A stretch of DNA of 64,000 nt from an uncultured virus (IMG/VR IMGVR_UViG_3300047319_000709) (IMGVR_UViG_3300047319_000709), one strand, 5' to 3'. Counted from the stretch's first letter, positions 52,065 to 61,354 are shown. A program made the numbers and translations. The notes: a model not told the origin generated them from the letters alone.

Positions 52065-52280
52065 ATGAGTCAGGTGTTCGGATTACCTCAGCCACTTACC
52101 GGTAGCGAGACGGTGACCATCAGGCAAACACAGAACGGGCAAACCGCCCTATGCACGATGCCTCTTTCTTCCCTTCTTACGGTCATCACCCTTACCGCTC
52201 TCGCTTCCGGCCTACCGACAACTCGTCCCTCAGCCCCTGGCGTCGTCTGGAACAACGGCGGCGTAGTTTCAATCTCCTGA
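52065..52280 (+). CDS. small tail-associated protein
   Basis: Ends LPTT.P...GVVWNNGGVVSIS. Confidence 0.65.
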   Translation: MSQVFGLPQPLTGSETVTIRQTQNGQTALCTMPLSSLLTVITLTALASGLPTTRPSAPGVVWNNGGVVSIS

Positions 52281-52290
52281 TTCGAAAACA

Positions 52291-54036
52291 ATGAAGAAAA
52301 TCATCATCGCGGCGCTGTTTGCGCCGCTGGCGGCGCTCGCCCAGACTTACCCTTCACCCACGTTCAACAGTATTACGCTTCAAAATCCGTTGACGCCGGC
52401 CAACGGTGGAACCGGCGTCGCGAACTCCGGGACGATCACGCTTGGAGGAAGCTTTTCGACCACTGGCGGTAACCCGCTTGTGCTCAATACGACAGCTCCC
52501 ACCAATATCACGTTGCCGACCAGCGGTACCCTTCTGAACAGTTCCAGTGGCGCTACCGCAGGAGCTAACAGTAACATTACCTCGCTTTCCGGCCTGACGA
52601 CGCCGCTGTCTGTCTCCCAAGGTGGAACGGGTTCGTCAACAGCGACTGGATCTGGTTCGGCAGTCCTGGCGACCAGTCCTACGCTAGTCACCCCCAACTT
52701 GGGTACGCCTTCCGCGGCTACACTGACGAACGCCACGGGACTTCCCGTGTCGACCGGCATATCCGGTCTTGGAACCGGCGTGGCGGCGGCGCTCGCCAAT
52801 GCAGTGACGGGCAGTGGTAGTCCCGTTCTGGCAACGTCCCCCACGCTTTCCAATGCGATTGTCGGGACGCAATCTGCCGGCAACAACAGTACGCTCGCGG
52901 CGAGCACGGGGTTTGTCGCTGCTCACGCTCCTTGCCCTTCCATCCTCGACTACGGCGGCAATAACGGCGGAGTCGTATCGAACAATGCCGCATGGACGAA
53001 TGCGGTGGCCGCGCAATCGACGGGCAACGTGTGTGTATTTTTTCCGCAAGGCACGTATTACTTCGCATCAAGCATCGGATATACGTTCCCGAACACCAAC
53101 CCCAATTCGATAACCATTAAAGGCGTCGCGGCTGACTCGTCGATTCTGAAGTTTAACGCCACGTCATTCGGGATATCCATCGCAGCAAACGGTCCGTTTT
53201 CCGGTATCCACATCAGAGATCTATCAGTCACCACAACCGCATCAACGCCGACCGGTGTTGCAATCAACCTGGCGCAGCAGCAGAGCACCATCGCCAATCC
53301 GGCCAACTCCGCTCTCTCGGATATCACAAATGTGACGACCCGCGGCGCTGACGGCTACGTTGTTACTGACGGGTGGTCGAATGGTGTAAATGTCGCGAGC
53401 GTATCGAACATCAACTTCACGAACCTCACTACGATCGGACCCTCAACCGCATCGTACGGAGTCATCCTGAACGGCACGTCGACCGCTTTGGGCGTCGTGT
53501 ACAACTTTCAGGGCTGTACCTTCAACTATCTTGGCATTGGCCTTTACTACGCGGCCTATGTGCAAGGAGTCACTGTCAACCAGAGCAACTTCACTGGCGA
53601 CACCAACGGGATCGTCGTCCCGACTGGTCAGGCAGGCCTCGACCAGTTGAGCGTGACGAATAGTCAGTTCAACACCTACAACAACGGCATCCTTACCCAG
53701 TCGAACGTTGGCGTCATCATGATCGCCAACAATTTCTTTCTCGTCCAGAACAACAGCAACGGGATTTCGTTGCAGAACTACAGCGCATTCAGCATCATCG
53801 GTAACACGTTCAACCCTGCCGTTGCATCTCCGACTGGTACTCGCGGCATATACATCGACACCTGGGCGTCAAGCGCCGGTGTGATTACGGCTAATGCGAT
53901 TCAGGAAATGACAACGGGCATCCTCCTCGGGTCGGGCTCCAAGTCTGTCAATGTGCAATCGAATGTCTACTTCGCTAACACGACCAACATTTCGAACAGC
54001 GGTACAGGCAATACGCTCGGCGGCGGCTCTCAATAA
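52291..54036 (+). CDS. tailspike-like beta-helix (pectate lyase superfamily) protein with Sec signal peptide
   Basis: MKKIIIAALFAPLAALA/Q; GGTG fibre repeats; ILDYGG..G, VFFPQGTY; Asn-rich beta-helix. Confidence 0.8.
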   Translation: MKKIIIAALFAPLAALAQTYPSPTFNSITLQNPLTPANGGTGVANSGTITLGGSFSTTGGNPLVLNTTAPTNITLPTSGTLLNSSSGATAGANSNITSLSGLTTPLSVSQGGTGSSTATGSGSAVLATSPTLVTPNLGTPSAATLTNATGLPVSTGISGLGTGVAAALANAVTGSGSPVLATSPTLSNAIVGTQSAGNNSTLAASTGFVAAHAPCPSILDYGGNNGGVVSNNAAWTNAVAAQSTGNVCVFFPQGTYYFASSIGYTFPNTNPNSITIKGVAADSSILKFNATSFGISIAANGPFSGIHIRDLSVTTTASTPTGVAINLAQQQSTIANPANSALSDITNVTTRGADGYVVTDGWSNGVNVASVSNINFTNLTTIGPSTASYGVILNGTSTALGVVYNFQGCTFNYLGIGLYYAAYVQGVTVNQSNFTGDTNGIVVPTGQAGLDQLSVTNSQFNTYNNGILTQSNVGVIMIANNFFLVQNNSNGISLQNYSAFSIIGNTFNPAVASPTGTRGIYIDTWASSAGVITANAIQEMTTGILLGSGSKSVNVQSNVYFANTTNISNSGTGNTLGGGSQ

Positions 54037-54037
54037 G

Positions 54038-55246
54038 TCACGGCTGCCCCGTCGTGACTCCAGTACCTGGATGAACGTCTGATGCCCGGTTGAGCCGCGT
54101 AATCGCGGCTTTTCCGATTGAGATACCGACCCGTTCAATCGCCGAGAACGTTGCAACCGACATTGCGACGGTGGTGACATACATGAAGGCGCAGGTGATC
54201 CAGAATGCAGAATTGTTTCCGAGAGCATAGGAAACAATAGCGGGACGGGTCATCACCATCGTAATGACGAGGCTGTGAAGCAGATACACGCTGTAGCTCA
54301 TGTTACCCAAGCGATGCGCGCCCCGCGTTTGAAGCACTCCGAAGATTGACGTTCCGGAAACTATCATCATGAAAAATCCACCGAGCAGCAACGTGCCAAC
54401 CGGCGAGTAGATGATGTCTGGGACACGAAACGCGGCGACGATCAAGGCGCAAGCGATGATGGACCGTATTGCTCCATCTCCTTTGAGGGCCGGTCGCGTG
54501 CGCATGATTGATGATGCGAGCATCCCGCACAGAAATTCGGCAAGAAACGACCTGAACGGCTCCGCGATCAGACCGTCGACTGCCAGAACAAGAAACAGTG
54601 CTGATGCCGTCAATGCGACCGGACGTCCGAGGCGAGCAAATATAGACAATATCGGTAAGCTTGCGTAGAACAGCCACTCATAACGCAAGCTCCACACAGG
54701 TCCCACTACAGACATCGCAGCATCCATGTTCAAAAAAGGCGTTGGATTCTTGACGACCCCGAGTGCGAGCCATTGGCCAATTTGAAAGACAGTTTGCTTG
54801 AACGGTTGGTCGATCTCAAAGTGGACGCGGCACAAAACCACTGCGAAGTACGACGCAATCAGGAAAAGATACAGTGGATAGATCCTGAAGAAACGGTTGA
54901 CATATAACTCCGCCCAGTTCACGGAATCGGCTTTAGCAAGAAGGCGACTCCAGAACAGGTAGCCGGTAATCATGAAGAATATAGCTACGGCTGCGGGCCC
55001 AAGAGACATATAAAAATGGGAAGGTGCAGCCACTCCAAACTTCGCGCCATATCCATGCAGCACGAAATGATGGAATGCAACGGCTGTTGCAAGGATCCCG
55101 CGCAGGCCGTCGATAGAATCTAGTCGGTGCGCAAATACAGTCGGACTGACGTCCAGAAACCGGAGGAATCGCCCGGAAAGCGCGACCACAACCAGGCCGA
55201 CAATGGCCATCATGGGCCATACCGAAAAAATGGATATATCAGGCAC
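54038..55246 (-). CDS. acyltransferase-3 family (OafA-like) O-acetyltransferase
   Basis: IDGLRG, FF.ITGY, RFFRIYP, WSL.YEW.FY, LG..SYSVYL.H motifs. Confidence 0.9.
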   Translation of the reverse strand: MPDISIFSVWPMMAIVGLVVVALSGRFLRFLDVSPTVFAHRLDSIDGLRGILATAVAFHHFVLHGYGAKFGVAAPSHFYMSLGPAAVAIFFMITGYLFWSRLLAKADSVNWAELYVNRFFRIYPLYLFLIASYFAVVLCRVHFEIDQPFKQTVFQIGQWLALGVVKNPTPFLNMDAAMSVVGPVWSLRYEWLFYASLPILSIFARLGRPVALTASALFLVLAVDGLIAEPFRSFLAEFLCGMLASSIMRTRPALKGDGAIRSIIACALIVAAFRVPDIIYSPVGTLLLGGFFMMIVSGTSIFGVLQTRGAHRLGNMSYSVYLLHSLVITMVMTRPAIVSYALGNNSAFWITCAFMYVTTVAMSVATFSAIERVGISIGKAAITRLNRASDVHPGTGVTTGQP

Positions 55247-55299
55247 CGCGTTCGCCTTCTTTGGGTCTAAAAAATCGCAGCCTTAACGAATTCTGGGAT

Positions 55300-56670
55300 C
55301 TACAAATAGTATTTCCAGATCAGCGTCGACACAGTCATCGACATTGAGAATGCGAGAAAAGCGCCGCAAACGATCATGGTCACCGATGATCGCCGCTTCA
55401 TAGGTTCTGCATCACTTAGGGCGTAAGCAGCGAGGATGGCCGGAGCGGTGAAATAACGACCTTGCACACCGATGATAAGTTGGGCGTGAAGATCCGTCCA
55501 AGTGACAAGCAGCGCGACGAGGGTAAGCATTACCGCGGCCGCGGCGACCATTAACGGCACCGTCCGGGCAAGCGCCCCCACCCCGCGGGAGCAGGAGATC
55601 ACCAATGCAATTAGCAAGCCAACACCCGCGAATTTGTAGGTAACGGGCGGCATGGGCCGATCGAGCCAACCAAGGACGCCGACGAACTGACGCCAGTACG
55701 AATCGATGACTGCCGGGTTCGACAGCGTTCGCCAAATGACTTCTATCAGTTCGACGGGATGATGCATGTAGAACGAGACGGCCTGACCGGTCGTAATCGA
55801 GCGCGGCCACCGCAGATCGACGGTGTGTGATGCTCCATACATCACCCACCCCACAGCGAGCAACGCCGCGATGACAGAAGCAGCCAGCGCACGGCGGTCT
55901 TTTCGGACGAAGAAAACCACTGGTGCCAGTATCAGGATCGCCATCAGTTGCGGCCGACTCGTGGCAATCATGAACGGCGCAACGATCAGCAGCAAGGACC
56001 ACAGAAGCGGAAACGGCTGCTCTCGATCCAAGCCACGGCGGAATAGGCTTGCTGCTAACACAGTCCAGGCGAACGACATACCGTCAGCCGACGCGCTCGA
56101 TAACTGGAACATCGTCATTGGCAGCGCTAGGAGGCAAATTACCAACGCATTCGGCGGGAAGACCGTGAATGCGTAAGCAATGATAACGGCAACAGCAATC
56201 AAAGTTGTCGCGCGTGCAAGCCGGTATGATGCGCCCACACCCAAGTGCAATGATTCGCCAATCCGCAGTCCTACAGCTTGCGGGAGGTAGCCTAGCGGGA
56301 AATATGGCGCAGCACCGGCCATGTCGACGTAACTCCGAGCGCCGCTCCATTTTATGGCTGCACCGGCCTCTGCCGTTTTCGCATCAAACCGGGCATTAGG
56401 CTTGGTAGAAAGCGCCTGAAAGTTCAGCACCTGGTACTGTTGCAACGCGTCGTCGAAATAACCTCCGGTCGAGCGCCCCGGCTCTGTTACGGTTTGCGAT
56501 AGCACAGAAAGCAGATATGCGCGCTTGATATGGTCGTTTTCATCTGGCGACTGCATCGGCGGTATGATTGCCGATAGAAAACTGCCAATGATGACGATGG
56601 AAAAAAACGCAATTGTCCATTGACGCAGCGAATTCATTGCCTTTATTCCTGAATTGTTCGGGCGCATCAT
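55300..56670 (-). CDS. DUF2142-like polytopic membrane protein (probable GT-C glycosyltransferase)
   Basis: PP.QSPDE..H, YLPQA.G, GVLGWLD, GVQGRYF; about 11 TM; alternative start 56637. Confidence 0.75.
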   Translation of the reverse strand: MMRPNNSGIKAMNSLRQWTIAFFSIVIIGSFLSAIIPPMQSPDENDHIKRAYLLSVLSQTVTEPGRSTGGYFDDALQQYQVLNFQALSTKPNARFDAKTAEAGAAIKWSGARSYVDMAGAAPYFPLGYLPQAVGLRIGESLHLGVGASYRLARATTLIAVAVIIAYAFTVFPPNALVICLLALPMTMFQLSSASADGMSFAWTVLAASLFRRGLDREQPFPLLWSLLLIVAPFMIATSRPQLMAILILAPVVFFVRKDRRALAASVIAALLAVGWVMYGASHTVDLRWPRSITTGQAVSFYMHHPVELIEVIWRTLSNPAVIDSYWRQFVGVLGWLDRPMPPVTYKFAGVGLLIALVISCSRGVGALARTVPLMVAAAAVMLTLVALLVTWTDLHAQLIIGVQGRYFTAPAILAAYALSDAEPMKRRSSVTMIVCGAFLAFSMSMTVSTLIWKYYL

Positions 56671-56738
56671 AGCGCAATCGAGAGACGGATTCGTCCGAAT
56701 CCGTCAGCTCTTGCGATTTGCTTGCCTAGCGCAGGCGT

Positions 56739-57674
56739 CTATCCGCCGAACTCAGCCTTAACGATAGGGCCGATGACTGCCAACTCCTGCTGAGCCTTGA
56801 GCGTCTGCAATGTCTCGTCCGGCAATATGCATGTCGCATCCATGTGCGAACCCCAATCCGCCAGAGCAGAAATCGCAGCGTGGTTATCGACCACCGGCAC
56901 ATCGTAGGTCACTCCCGCCGCCTTGATCGCCGCGGCGTAACTTGCCGTGAACGGATGATCGCTGTCGCACGTTGGCGACGGAGTCTCAAGAACTGGTCTT
57001 CTGCCGGCAGCCCGCACGGTCTGGATGGCTTGTGCAAGGTAGCCCGAGAAATCGGAAACTGTTTCGCCGCCGTACTGCTCGTTCAGGCCGTAACTAATCA
57101 CGACGATCGTAGATTGCGTCGATGCCAATCGTTGAGCAAACGGAGCGCCGCCGCCATCCATGCCGTCGAGCAGGTTCATCAGACTCGCTGACGTCCCGCC
57201 GGTCGCATGGTTGGCGACCGTTATGCCGGTATCGTTGAACTCCCTCTGCAGCGAATCTTGCAGGCTGGCCGAAGCTGGTTTAACGATGACCGGAATGCCG
57301 AAGCCATACGATGCAAGACCCATCGCCGCGTCGTCGCCATAGACATCGATATGGATGATCGGCGTAGATGTTGGCCACGACGCGGGCGCCCCAGATGCTG
57401 CCGAGGCTGGCAAAGCAGTCGACGGAATGATCGGCTTTGCAACTGCGGTGTCAGCCGGTTTCTCTCCGCCGCCACAGGCAGCCAGGCAAACGCTCAGGGC
57501 TGCGACGAATCCTGCTCGCCAGCGGGAACCTGCTTCACGTGTGCGCCGAACGTCTCCATGAACTGCAGCACACGGTTGAACTCTTCTTCCGTCAATGCCA
57601 TGTGAGCCGCTCCCACGAACGCAACGTGTGGTCCCATCTTTCGAGGTTCCTTGCCGCCCGTATATTTGCGCCAT
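56739..57674 (-). CDS. SGNH/GDSL-fold lipoprotein, probably catalytically inactive
   Basis: LAAC lipobox; GDD, NHATGG, YGLNE blocks; start uncertain (57674 or 57833). Confidence 0.65.
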   Translation of the reverse strand: MAQIYGRQGTSKDGTTRCVRGSGSHGIDGRRVQPCAAVHGDVRRTREAGSRWRAGFVAALSVCLAACGGGEKPADTAVAKPIIPSTALPASAASGAPASWPTSTPIIHIDVYGDDAAMGLASYGFGIPVIVKPASASLQDSLQREFNDTGITVANHATGGTSASLMNLLDGMDGGGAPFAQRLASTQSTIVVISYGLNEQYGGETVSDFSGYLAQAIQTVRAAGRRPVLETPSPTCDSDHPFTASYAAAIKAAGVTYDVPVVDNHAAISALADWGSHMDATCILPDETLQTLKAQQELAVIGPIVKAEFGG

Positions 57675-57787
57675 TGCTGATCGCTTCCCAGCCAGAACGC
57701 CTCGGCCATCTCCTTCCCGGTCGCATTGCGACGGCGCTTGAGCTCCGCCAGGTCTTCTGTCGATGGTTCGTTGAATTGGATTGGCAT
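57494..57787 (-). CDS. small XRE-like HTH regulator
   Basis: TGKEMAE.F......WRKYTGG HTH pattern. Confidence 0.7.
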   Translation of the reverse strand: MPIQFNEPSTEDLAELKRRRNATGKEMAEAFWLGSDQQWRKYTGGKEPRKMGPHVAFVGAAHMALTEEEFNRVLQFMETFGAHVKQVPAGEQDSSQP

Positions 57788-57886
57788 GTCTTCTGGGTGC
57801 GCGGTCAAGGCGCGTGCGAAAGCTGATTTTCATTGGATCGTCCTATCGGGTTGTTCGGGTCGCGCGGTGCGCTACCTCTGGAACGG

Positions 57887-57916
57887 ATATTAGCCCCCTA
57901 GGGTTTGTCCCGTCAA
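57887..57916 (-). promoter_or_regulatory. moron promoter with palindromic operator
   Basis: TTGACG-18-TAATAT with a CCCTAGGG palindrome in the spacer. Confidence 0.55.
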
Positions 57917-57971
57917 GTGTTTCAGTGTGAATTTTTTTGCGGCCAAGACCGCGCTAACAACAAGACCAACT

Positions 57972-57998
57972 GCCTCCCACGCGGAGGCTTTTTTATTT
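57972..57998 (+). terminator. rho-independent terminator
   Basis: GCCTCC..GGAGGC-TTTTT. Confidence 0.6.
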
Positions 57999-58010
57999 CC
58001 GGGAATGTGC

Positions 58011-58340
58011 ATGGACTACACCGCCGTTGTTGAGGTTGGGTGCGCAGGATTCGCTGCGGTTAGCGGTGTATTCGCGTGGCTCTGGCAGCGCTCAGAGACC
58101 GCGCGAGACAAGGTAATTCAAGAGCAAGGCGAGGCGATCAAGGAAGTATCAAAAGCCCTTGAAGGACACCGCCTGTACGTCGCTGAGCACTACGTCACGC
58201 AGACGGAACTGACCAAGGCCGTGGGCAGCCTGGAGCGCTCTATCGAACGTCTCATCGAGGCCGTCAACCTCAACTCGAAAGAAACACGGGACGGCTTCGC
58301 TGAAATGCATAGAAAGATCGATACGAAGGCAGACAAATGA
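58011..58340 (+). CDS. holin-like single-TM protein
   Basis: N-terminal TM plus coiled coil; coupled to the endolysin gene. Confidence 0.6.
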   Translation: MDYTAVVEVGCAGFAAVSGVFAWLWQRSETARDKVIQEQGEAIKEVSKALEGHRLYVAEHYVTQTELTKAVGSLERSIERLIEAVNLNSKETRDGFAEMHRKIDTKADK

Positions 58341-58789
58341 ACCTCGCCCTTCTCGAGGCCGAACTGCGCCGCGACGAGGGCGTCAGGTACATGCCGTATC
58401 TGGACACCGCAAAGCCGCCTAAGCGCACCGTAGGAGTAGGCCACAACATGGACGTCTCGCCGCTGCCTGCCGACTGGAGATTCCCCCTCTCGGATGCGCA
58501 GGTCAATCAGATTCTGGCGCGCGACATCGAGACCACTCTAGCGAAGCTCGACAAGGCTATGACCTGGTGGCGGTCGCTGGACGAAGTTCGCCAACGCGTT
58601 GTCGCAAACATGGCGTTCAACTTGGGAATCGGCGGCCTGCTCGGTTTTAAGAACACGCTCGCGGCCATGCAACGCGGCTCGTATGCGGTCGCTGCAGCAG
58701 GGATGCTTAGTTCCAAGTGGGCCGGTCAAGTCGGCGCACGCGCCAAGCGTCTCGCCCAGGCAATGGAGACGGGCGCTATGCCCTCCTAA
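58337..58789 (+). CDS. endolysin, T4-lysozyme-like (GH24)
   Basis: DEG.R..PYLDT....TVGVGH; NMAFNLG; SKWA.QVG.RA. Confidence 0.92.
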   Translation: MNLALLEAELRRDEGVRYMPYLDTAKPPKRTVGVGHNMDVSPLPADWRFPLSDAQVNQILARDIETTLAKLDKAMTWWRSLDEVRQRVVANMAFNLGIGGLLGFKNTLAAMQRGSYAVAAAGMLSSKWAGQVGARAKRLAQAMETGAMPS

Positions 58790-58839
58790 TATCCGCCAGC
58801 CGAATATTCGCAGAATATCCGCCACACGAATAAACGAAA

Positions 58840-59385
58840 ATGACCGCACAAGACACGCATGAGACGCATCGGACTCTGACCGAAGACGTCTTTTATCCTG
58901 GCCATGAGCCCCGCACCGAATCCGCCATCTTCCGCGCTAGCAAACACGAACTCAAAGCCGAAGGCGGCTATGTGTGCGCCGTGTGCGGAGACGATGAGAA
59001 GGTCGAGTCGCATCACCGATTTTTCGAGTGGGCGTACAGCCACGCCGTCGACTTCGCCTGGATTAGATCGGTCGCACTCAACCAGACCGACGTCATGCAC
59101 TCGCACAAGTTGGGCCGCGTGGTGCCGATCCCGAAAAAGCATCCGGTCTGGGACCTGATCCGTTTGACGCAGGGCTTCGATTGGGAATCGTTCGATCCGG
59201 CCAAGCCCGAAACATTTGTGGACTCGATCTACAACCAGTTACCCCTCTGCGAGCTTCATCACCGCGGCAAGGGTCATGGACGCCACGAAGAAAGCGATCC
59301 AGTTTGGAGCGTCCAAGCGTTTCTGGTCCCCGGCTTTGTCTACTCACCCGATGAACTGAAGTCACTCCACAAGGAGCAAGCATGA
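58840..59385 (+). CDS. HNH-like Zn-binding protein
   Basis: CAVC..VESHH...N..PLCELHH....GRH. Confidence 0.6.
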   Translation: MTAQDTHETHRTLTEDVFYPGHEPRTESAIFRASKHELKAEGGYVCAVCGDDEKVESHHRFFEWAYSHAVDFAWIRSVALNQTDVMHSHKLGRVVPIPKKHPVWDLIRLTQGFDWESFDPAKPETFVDSIYNQLPLCELHHRGKGHGRHEESDPVWSVQAFLVPGFVYSPDELKSLHKEQA

Positions 59386-59597
59386 ACCTCAGCAACATAT
59401 CGCCAGTAACGCAAAAGCTGATCGTCGGTGGCGTTCTGTTTGCGGCCTGGTCGTATCTGGTCTACACGGGGAAGGTCCCGGCAACAGATTACGTAGAGAA
59501 CATCAAGATCGGGCTTGGCGGCCTTGGGCTTTACCACGTGGTGACGAACTCGACGGCGAAGAAAGCCGACGATTCCTCGGTACCGCCCGCAGCATGA
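59382..59597 (+). CDS. small two-TM membrane protein (holin/antiholin candidate)
   Basis: Two hydrophobic segments; located in the lysis region. Confidence 0.55.
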   Translation: MNLSNISPVTQKLIVGGVLFAAWSYLVYTGKVPATDYVENIKIGLGGLGLYHVVTNSTAKKADDSSVPPAA

Positions 59598-59899
59598 AAG
59601 CCGCTCTGCTGGCGCTATGTCTGACGGGATGCGCCGGCCAAGCCGCCTATTCGGTCAAGCCGTTCTATGAGCCCAGCTTGCAACGCATGGTCTGTTGTGA
59701 AGCCGTTGCGCTGAACTCGAAGGACATTGCCGTCCTCTCGTTCGATCTGACGACCTCGGCTGATGGCGTCGTGACGGTCCACTTCAACGAGACCGGCGTA
59801 GGCGCTACGGCCCCCGTCACCGCCCAAGGCGCAGTCGTTTCCAACGTAGCAAACGCTGCGGGCCAAGCTGCCGCGGCCATCGTCAAACTCACTCCCTAG
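59594..59899 (+). CDS. lipoprotein
   Basis: MKAALLALCLTGC lipobox. Confidence 0.7.
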   Translation: MKAALLALCLTGCAGQAAYSVKPFYEPSLQRMVCCEAVALNSKDIAVLSFDLTTSADGVVTVHFNETGVGATAPVTAQGAVVSNVANAAGQAAAAIVKLTP

Positions 59900-59909
59900 G
59901 ATCACCGAA

Positions 59910-60332
59910 ATGAAGAAATTAATGCTGCTCGCGGCAGGCCTTGTCGCGCTCGTCTCTGGCTGCGCCACCACTGGCACCGTTCAGACTCCCGCTCAAATTG
60001 CGTCGCAGGTATGTCCCCCGACTCAGACCGCAATCACGTCTCTGCAAGCCGTCGTTGGTCTCAGTGACGATGCCAAGGCCAAGCTCGCCGACGCCGCGCC
60101 GATTGTGGCTGCCGTATGCTCTGCTGGCTCGAGCGTCAACGTCGCCGATCTGAAGTCGCTCGGTGCAACTGCATTGCCGGCCGTCATGGCTGTGGTCAAC
60201 GCCTCACCGCTTTCGGACCAGGACAAGACGAAGATTGGCATCGACCTGACCGTTGCGCAGATCGTGTTGTCGAGCGTGCTGGCTGCCCTTCCCGCTGCGG
60301 CGGTTCCTGCGTCGGCTGCATCGGGTGTGTGA
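59910..60332 (+). CDS. lipoprotein (spanin candidate)
   Basis: VSGC lipobox; hydrophobic C-terminus. Confidence 0.65.
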   Translation: MKKLMLLAAGLVALVSGCATTGTVQTPAQIASQVCPPTQTAITSLQAVVGLSDDAKAKLADAAPIVAAVCSAGSSVNVADLKSLGATALPAVMAVVNASPLSDQDKTKIGIDLTVAQIVLSSVLAALPAAAVPASAASGV

Positions 60333-60706
60333 TGAGCGCTTTCCTGTCTGAACTCCAGATGGAGAACGCAACACCGCGCGATGATGGTTTGTGGCGTCTT
60401 ACGGCGCCATTGATCTATCAGTCGGACGTCGCGAAGATGACGTTCACGGTGCCAGCCGGGTTCATCACGGATCTGGCCTCCGTGCCCCGCGTGCCGATCG
60501 CCTACCTGCTCGCTGGTGGCACTTCCAATGAAGCCAGCGTCGTGCATGACTTCATTTACAGCACGCATCCGGTCGACCGCGCAACTGCTGATGCAGTGCT
60601 TAAAGAAGCGTCGGCGGTAACTGGCGTTCCCGCCTGGCGTCGCTGGATCATCTGGGCTGGCGTCCGTTTGGGCGGCGGATCACATTGGAATCCACAAGTA
60701 GCTTGA
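60332..60706 (+). CDS. DUF1353-family protein
   Basis: VPAGF.TDLASVP, VVHD.IY, AD.VL.EA, GVR.GG motifs. Confidence 0.85.
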   Translation: MSAFLSELQMENATPRDDGLWRLTAPLIYQSDVAKMTFTVPAGFITDLASVPRVPIAYLLAGGTSNEASVVHDFIYSTHPVDRATADAVLKEASAVTGVPAWRRWIIWAGVRLGGGSHWNPQVA

Positions 60707-60754
60707 AGTAACCTCCGTCCGAAGCAACGCTACACGCTTCGGACGCACCCCTCT

Positions 60755-61027
60755 TTAGGCCGCGTTCTGCGGCGCCATATCAATCTCAAACCTGCTGTCC
60801 TCAAAGCGATACGCGTCACCCATGCCACCGCTTAGATGAAACAGCGGATCTTCGATCATGGTCCGCTGGGCAAAGTGTGCAACTGTGCCCTCGATGCGCT
60901 CCACGGCAACCAACGTATTTCCGCGCGAAAGGTAGGCCGCAATGCCCTTGGCGCGATCATCTATCCCGCCCAGCAGCGGACCATAGCGAAAGCCGTCGAT
61001 CACCTGTTGCAACGTTGGTTCATCCAT
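60755..61027 (-). CDS. hypothetical protein
   Basis: GGAGG RBS. Confidence 0.55.
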   Translation of the reverse strand: MDEPTLQQVIDGFRYGPLLGGIDDRAKGIAAYLSRGNTLVAVERIEGTVAHFAQRTMIEDPLFHLSGGMGDAYRFEDSRFEIDMAPQNAA

Positions 61028-61060
61028 CCCTCCGCCTCCCGTGCCTAAGCGCACATCAAA

Positions 61061-61354
61061 TCATCCCGCCTCATACGGCGGCGCATCCTTAAGCCACTCC
61101 AGAATCTCCGGTCGCACCGAAAACTTCGGCTCTTTCTTCCAGTCCGCCAAGGCATCGGCCCACTGCTCGAACTCGTGCTCGGTGAAGTCGAACTCTTCTT
61201 CGACCCGTCCGCAGCCCTCATCGCGCAGAAACGCATACACGACCTTGTGCCCGTCCCAGTAGGCTATGGCGAAGTCCGTGATGTCGGCGGAAGTGCCGGG
61301 CGGCATCGTCGGAAGCTGCTCGGTAAGCATCTGGTGAAGTTCGTCGTGCGTCAT
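61061..61354 (-). CDS. hypothetical acidic protein
   Basis: GGAGG RBS. Confidence 0.6.
   Translation of the reverse strand: MTHDELHQMLTEQLPTMPPGTSADITDFAIAYWDGHKVVYAFLRDEGCGRVEEEFDFTEHEFEQWADALADWKKEPKFSVRPEILEWLKDAPPYEAG

Noticed and set aside
54038..56670. Canonical gtrABC glucosylation operon
   Set aside because: No GtrA flippase or GtrB GT2 gene present
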